A stretch of DNA of 63,834 nucleotides, counting the filler, from Folioceros fuciformis (Eukaryota), in the NCBI GenBank assembly GCA_049999805.1. It is 9 parts of 9 records of this genome, joined end to end, with 100 filler letters (N's around TTAATTAATTAA, not from the genome) between each part and the next. Parts side by side here need not be neighbours in the genome. Positions count along the whole stretch, not along the records: positions 61,923 to 63,834 come from JBNGIO010002060.1; 8 more parts are not named here. One strand, written 5' to 3'. The position numbers and the translations under genes are program-made. The stretch's first letter is position 1. Each line of letters opens with the position of its first letter. The notes below the pieces were generated by a model. The model was not told the origin of the DNA and made no database searches. It was given only the letters and a program-made list of their open reading frames with translations. This document shows positions 62,311 through 63,834 of the stretch, piece after piece.

Positions 62311-63326
62311 CTATGCGGCTGCTGCGCGACAGCTTCCTTCTGTTTCCGATTCACTTGAATTTCCGTCAGCTACTCCAGCTTGGGTATCACCCATGGTTTC
62401 CCCATCCTCATCATTCGAAAAAACACTTGCTATCTGGTCGATTGTAACTGTAGGCACATGAGCATAGTGTGTTGTAGTACTTGTATGTTGATATGTTTCC
62501 TCACTGCTTTCCCCTTCAGAAGTCTCACTTGTTGATGCTTCTTGTTCAGAGACCAGCTCCGGGAGGTCAGGTTGGGGTGTGAGCAGGGAAAGCTCATCGA
62601 ACACCACACTTCGGCAATGAGTGATACGTTTGGTGCTCGGTTCCATCAAATTGTACTCCTTAATTCCTTCGGTGTAACCCACAAACACGTACTTTCGTGC
62701 CTTATAGTCGAGCTTGACTCTCTAGTCCTCAGACAGGTGTGCGTACGCTGGTGATTTATACGTGGCTTGTGGGTTGTCCAACGCTCATATGGAGTTGCTC
62801 CTGTGAACACACTGGTAGGAACTCTGTTCTTGATGTACACTATCGTACATACTACTTCAGCCCAGTATCCTCATGGAAGACGTGCTTGCTGGAGCATCGC
62901 TTTTGCTGATTCTTGTGTGTGCCGATCACTGATTTCTGCCATGGGATTCTGTGCAGACGTACATGGGGTAGTCAGCTAGCTGCCTGGCTATGCCCTGTCC
63001 CTTGCAGAAGCTGGTGAAGGCACCCGAGGTGTACTCGCCCCCGTTATCACTCCTCAAGGTTTTCAGCAACTCGGCTGTTTGCCTTTGTGCAAACGTCACA
63101 AACTCCATGAAGCATTCCAGAGTTTGGCTCTTTTGTTTGATAGGATACACAACAGTGTATCCTATCAAACAAAAATGAAAGACAGAAAGTACCTTGCTCC
63201 GCCAAGTGATGTTGTGGACATGGGTCCACACAAGTCTATGTGTACCAGCTCCAAGAGCTTGGTAGCACGAGTAGGATTGGTGTCTTGCCGGTGGTGTTTG
63301 CCGAACACACACGCCTCATAGAAGGG
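62311..63326 (-). mobile_element. Ty1/copia integrase fragment, frameshifted
   Basis: LELVHIDLCGP, LRSDNGGEYTS, YIKNRVPT..F.GATPYERW, FVGYTEGIKEY...RSVVFDE. Confidence 0.88.
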
Positions 63327-63834
63327 TGTGAACGAAAAAAACTTTCGGAATCCCCATTTTGAGCGACGGAATGAGCAGGTTCTGATTCTTTTTGTGAAGG
63401 GACAGGCGAATCGGCTTAGTAAGCGAGTAAGACCAGGGTGTTTATACCCAAAGTCGACCTTGGGCTTCGGGGTTTGGGGGTGTATTGGAGATCGGGATCA
63501 AGAGGAAGGAGGAAGCAGCAAGTGCCTCCCTGACCCTTGAGTCCTTGAGAACATTCAGGTAGGCCAAAATAAGGGCCGAGACGACTGGGCGACGGTAGCC
63601 GGCAGGGCAACCGTCTTCGGAGGAACGACTGGTCGTAGCCCGATGGGCGGAGAAAGCAGGCAGGGTATAAAAACCCTAGAGAAAGGGGAGCTTTGCCCAG
63701 TATCCGGAAGCGTGGGGAGCGGGAGTAACGTGAAGCGTAAAGTGGCTGAGGAAGGTGAAAGCGCCAGGACGACGGGACAGACGGCGTAGGGCGTAAGGGT
63801 CGAGCAAGCGCAGGGGAGTGGAAGACCTCCAAGG
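63327..63834 (+). mobile_element. Probable LTR of a different element inserted into the copia integrase
   Basis: Integrase similarity stops abruptly at TGTGAACG (TG start). GC-rich non-coding sequence follows, with GGGTATAAAAACCCTAG at ~63663. Confidence 0.4.

Overview
Eukaryotic, gene-dense land-plant nuclear DNA with mostly ~70-130 bp introns. A bryophyte/hornwort-like origin is my inference from intron size, density and composition; it is not proven. The window is nine unrelated assembly fragments joined by eight artificial 100-bp linkers (N44-TTAATTAATTAA-N44), so adjacency across linkers means nothing. Fragment 1 (1-29610): F-box protein, SDR reductase, TSPO, SR45a/Tra2-like splicing factor, ABCI10, a 21-repeat P-class PPR protein, DUF1990 protein, TAF1 and a 3'-truncated NOP2. 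Fragment 2 (29711-48360): ARC5/DRP5B, a 3-exon gene for an IRG/IIGP (p47 immunity-related GTPase)-like protein, proteasome beta-4 (PBD), transportin-SR/MOS14 with a rearranged partial pseudo-copy, and a WVD2/TPX2-like gene. The remaining short fragments are mostly Ty3/gypsy and Ty1/copia relics, plus the 3' half of an anthranilate synthase beta gene. The most notable signal is the IRG-like GTPase (34633-36357): its P-loop exon is invisible in the ORF track, and I know of no characterised member of this family in plants. Secondary signals are a structured three-way-junction repeat array in a deleted copia element, a circularly permuted MOS14 duplicate, several GC-AG introns and a 5x16-aa repeat expansion in TAF1. 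Family assignments come from recognising motifs by eye, not from database searches.
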